A stretch of 19,820 bases of DNA from Bdellovibrionia bacterium. Lineage in GTDB: Bacteria > Bdellovibrionota > UBA1018. Below are positions 17,346 through 19,820 of the stretch, in pieces. The stretch's first letter is position 1; the number at the start of each line of letters is the position of its first letter. The translations under genes and the position numbers were made by a program. Where the stretch lies: contig JBMSSC010000042.1 in the NCBI GenBank assembly GCA_049424145.1, positions 1-19,820 of the forward strand, in the 5' to 3' direction. The notes beneath the pieces were generated by a model. That model was not told the DNA's origin. It searched no databases and saw only the letters and a list, made by a program, of their open reading frames with translations.

Positions 17346-19343
17346 ATGTGGTGTGGGAATCCAAGGTTGTGGAGATTTTCCTCAACAGCTTTAGCATTTG
17401 TTCTATCCTGTGGTTTAATTCTAGGAGGATTCGGTTGTCAACCCATTCCTGGAAAAGTCTTAACGTCCGAAGAAAAAGCCTTAGACATGAACTGGCTTTT
17501 TTATCAATTTGAAGAGAATTATGCTCCTCTGAATTACAAGGAGGAGCGATACGGTTTTAAGATGTCAGAGCTGAAGGAGAAGTACATGGCCGAGGCTCTG
17601 AGGAGCAAAGACAATGCCGAGTTTTATCGCTTGGTTCACAGGTTTGTAGCGGAGTTTCACGATGCGCACACAAGTGTGGCCTTTACGCATGGGAATCTCA
17701 AGAATCGGGCTGAGATCGCCTATTTGGGTTTCTCCGGTAAGCGCAAAGGAGACGTGTTTGTGGTCACCGAGTTGCTACCAACATTTCGTTCGGAGCTCTC
17801 CAATTTTCCGATTCAAAAGGGAGATGAGATTAGTTTACTCGACGGAAAATCTTTAAAAAGCCTCATTGAGCAGGATTTTGCTCCGTACGAAGATCTCGGG
17901 CAAGACGAGTCCAACTTGACGCTGCATATGGCCCGCCTTTTTAACCGAATCTCAACTTCAACGCCCATGCCTAAGAAGAAAGATGCCGTGGTTACAGTGA
18001 CGGCCCGTCTTTTGACTCTGGCCGAGTGTCAGGAGCTTGAGATCTCAGCCTCCGACTGCGAGCAGGGCGTGAAGCGCAAGATGAAGCAAGATTACACTTT
18101 GCCATGGATAAAAAAAGATCTGGTGAGTTTTAGATCCGATCAAGCGAAGGCAAAAAAAGCGGAGCTGAAGGAGGAGGGGGTTTTATTGGATCAACGAATC
18201 CATCGAGACGAACCCCGGGGCGATCTTCCCGCTCACTTTCCGGATGGGTTTCGGTTTGAGGATTCCTCGGGGCCTTCGATACTTGTGGGTCTTCAGGGGT
18301 TTGATGGTCGCATCCAATCGTTAAAGGAGATCTTCTCTAAAATCTTTCCTAAAGCGGCAGGATACAATTATCTGGAGAGTTTCTTTCTTCCCGATCAGGT
18401 GGAAGGCTGGGTGGCTCTGGATCCACAAGTGATGGTTGAGGCCACTGCACAGGAGAAGTTCAAAGCGCTCCGGCGTTTGCCTAAGGATGCTCACTGGATT
18501 ACGCCGCCCCGTGCTGCTTTTCCGACCTATCTCAGCTCTCAGCCGTTTTTTGACGCCCGAGGTCGACATCAGGGTGATAAGTTAGTGGCTACGCTGTATT
18601 TAAGTACGTTCTCTCCTCGAGTCCAAGAAGAGGAAGTCATGGCTGAGTTTCAGCAGACTTTGGAGACTCTGGCTTTTTATCAAGTCGAGGATTTGGTAAT
18701 TGATTTACTCAATAACGGAGGGGGGTCCCTCTCGCTTGGAATGCGTATGGCGCAGGCATTGTCCTTAAAAAAGGTAAAAATGCCATCCCTTCAATTCATC
18801 ACAAGCCAGAGTTGGTTGGATGATTTTGAGACCCTCAGTGAACGGGCCGGGTCCGACAGTGAGCGTGAGATTGCTCGTCGGGTTTTTGAGAAGCTCTTGA
18901 AGGACCGAAGAGATGGGAAGCGTCTATCGGCGCCAATGAGTGCAGAGCTGCTCATTCCCTTTACGCTTTATCCCAACGATCGCTTACCTTATCGCCTGAA
19001 CATTGCTCTGATGGTGAATGAGATGTGTGCCTCCATGTGTGATATTTTCTCAGCCATCTTAAGTGACAATGGCTTAGCCACCGTGGTGGGTTCTCAGACC
19101 ATGGGGGCAGGTGGAAACGTGGTGGCTCATGCTGAGGCGCCTGTGTCGCACATGGTCATTCGACAGACGGAGTCTTTGGTAGTTAGAACGGATCCTCAAA
19201 AAAGCTATATTGAGAATCTCGGAGTCACTCCGGATCTCTCCATTCCTGTGAGTCGTGATGTGGAGAGTCAGTATCAAGGGGTACACGCCCTTGCGATCCG
19301 TTCGCTACTGGGAATGCCCAAGGCTGCAAAGCGCACTCGTTAG
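17346..19343 (+). CDS. S41-family serine protease, CPAF-like, putative lipoprotein with PDZ-like region
   Basis: Lipobox-like LGGFGC; ENYAPLNYK, EFHDAHT, KGDEISLLDG (PDZ-like), VIDLLNNGGGSL, VNEMCASMCDIFSAILSDN, VGSQTMGAGGNV, IENLGVTPD. GGAGG lies 9 nt before the ATG at 17346; the ORF track starts at GTG 17328. Ends TAG. Confidence 0.85.
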   Translation: MWCGNPRLWRFSSTALAFVLSCGLILGGFGCQPIPGKVLTSEEKALDMNWLFYQFEENYAPLNYKEERYGFKMSELKEKYMAEALRSKDNAEFYRLVHRFVAEFHDAHTSVAFTHGNLKNRAEIAYLGFSGKRKGDVFVVTELLPTFRSELSNFPIQKGDEISLLDGKSLKSLIEQDFAPYEDLGQDESNLTLHMARLFNRISTSTPMPKKKDAVVTVTARLLTLAECQELEISASDCEQGVKRKMKQDYTLPWIKKDLVSFRSDQAKAKKAELKEEGVLLDQRIHRDEPRGDLPAHFPDGFRFEDSSGPSILVGLQGFDGRIQSLKEIFSKIFPKAAGYNYLESFFLPDQVEGWVALDPQVMVEATAQEKFKALRRLPKDAHWITPPRAAFPTYLSSQPFFDARGRHQGDKLVATLYLSTFSPRVQEEEVMAEFQQTLETLAFYQVEDLVIDLLNNGGGSLSLGMRMAQALSLKKVKMPSLQFITSQSWLDDFETLSERAGSDSEREIARRVFEKLLKDRRDGKRLSAPMSAELLIPFTLYPNDRLPYRLNIALMVNEMCASMCDIFSAILSDNGLATVVGSQTMGAGGNVVAHAEAPVSHMVIRQTESLVVRTDPQKSYIENLGVTPDLSIPVSRDVESQYQGVHALAIRSLLGMPKAAKRTR

Positions 19344-19366
19344 CGGGGCTGAGTTTGGACTAGAAT

Positions 19367-19430
19367 AAAAGGACTCCTCTGGGGACTGTCTCAGTGCACA
19401 GCCCAAGAGGGGTCCTTTTTGTGTTTTTTT
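19367..19430 (+). terminator. Rho-independent terminator, possibly bidirectional
   Basis: AAAAGGACTCCTCT (19367-19380) pairs with AGAGGGGTCCTTTT (19406-19419) with one G-U. Inner GGG/CCC and CTGT/ACAG pairing, followed by T-rich sequence. Starts 23 nt after the protease stop. Confidence 0.85.
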
Positions 19431-19453
19431 TGCCCTTGGGATCGATTTTTCCA

Positions 19454-19483
19454 TTCTCTTCTCTTCTCTTCTCTTCTCTTCTC
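19454..19483. repeat. Pentanucleotide simple sequence repeat (TTCTC)6
   Basis: Six perfect tandem TTCTC units read directly from the sequence. Confidence 0.95.
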
Positions 19484-19661
19484 GTTAGTTCCTGCTTCGG
19501 TGCGTGGGGTGGTCTGATTTCTTTTGTTCCGAATTTGTGAAGATCTCTGCTCGTTGAGGGTGACTCACGCGATCGAGTTGGGACTTGGTTTTAGAGTCGT
19601 TCAGGGGTGTTTCATTGAAACGAATGAAAAGGGTTTTAAGCGGGGTTTTTCGCTCTGCTTA

Positions 19662-19689
19662 GGGGTAGGTATGCCTACTTCGTTTTTTT
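19662..19689 (+). terminator. Second terminator-like hairpin in the non-coding tail
   Basis: GGGGTAGG-TATG-CCTACTTC followed by GTTTTTTT. Confidence 0.4.
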
Positions 19690-19820
19690 CTCCTGAGGCG
19701 GGCGTTTAACGCGATTTAAGAGAGAAAGAGGGGAGGTAAAGAACAGTCGCAATGAGAGTGAGAAATCATGAGAGTGAGTCCGAAGGGAAAGAAAAAAAAA
19801 GGACAAAGAAGAGGGTATCT

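Noticed and set aside
19588..19621. CRISPR-repeat-like words GTTTTAGAG and GTTTCATTGAAAC
   Set aside because: Single short occurrences with no repeat-spacer periodicity and no cas genes.
19524..19709. 61-aa ORF in the tail region
   Set aside because: TTG start without SD, no domain, and it runs through a terminator-like hairpin.
1..19820. Genome-wide reassignment of TAG to a sense codon
   Set aside because: Only one clearly internal TAG occurs across all the genes here. Three genes end plausibly at TAG (5362, 16480, 19343), one followed closely by a terminator. No pyl or suppressor tRNA genes are in the window.

Overview
This is a bacterial chromosomal window of mid GC content. Gene content suggests a Bdellovibrionota/Oligoflexia-like or related former-deltaproteobacterial lineage (inference, not a database result). 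In order it holds: a 5'-truncated receiver-like/SpoIIE (PP2C) protein with degenerate catalytic motifs; a minus-strand cystathionine beta-synthase + cystathionine gamma-lyase operon; a beta-barrel-like exported protein; a secreted two-HKD phospholipase D family protein; a six-gene Alternative Complex III operon (actABCDEF); a PHP-fold metallohydrolase lipoprotein; a second beta-barrel protein; and a CPAF-like S41 protease lipoprotein. A strong terminator and a non-coding tail with a (TTCTC)6 repeat follow. The main anomaly is a single in-frame TAG at 9130-9132 in the middle of an otherwise intact actB. The two ORFs 7948..9132 and 9226..11178 are one ~1070-codon reading frame, so this is a nonsense mutation, a sequencing error or amber read-through. 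No mobile elements, CRISPR arrays, tRNA or rRNA genes were recognised, and I found no convincing wholly new system.
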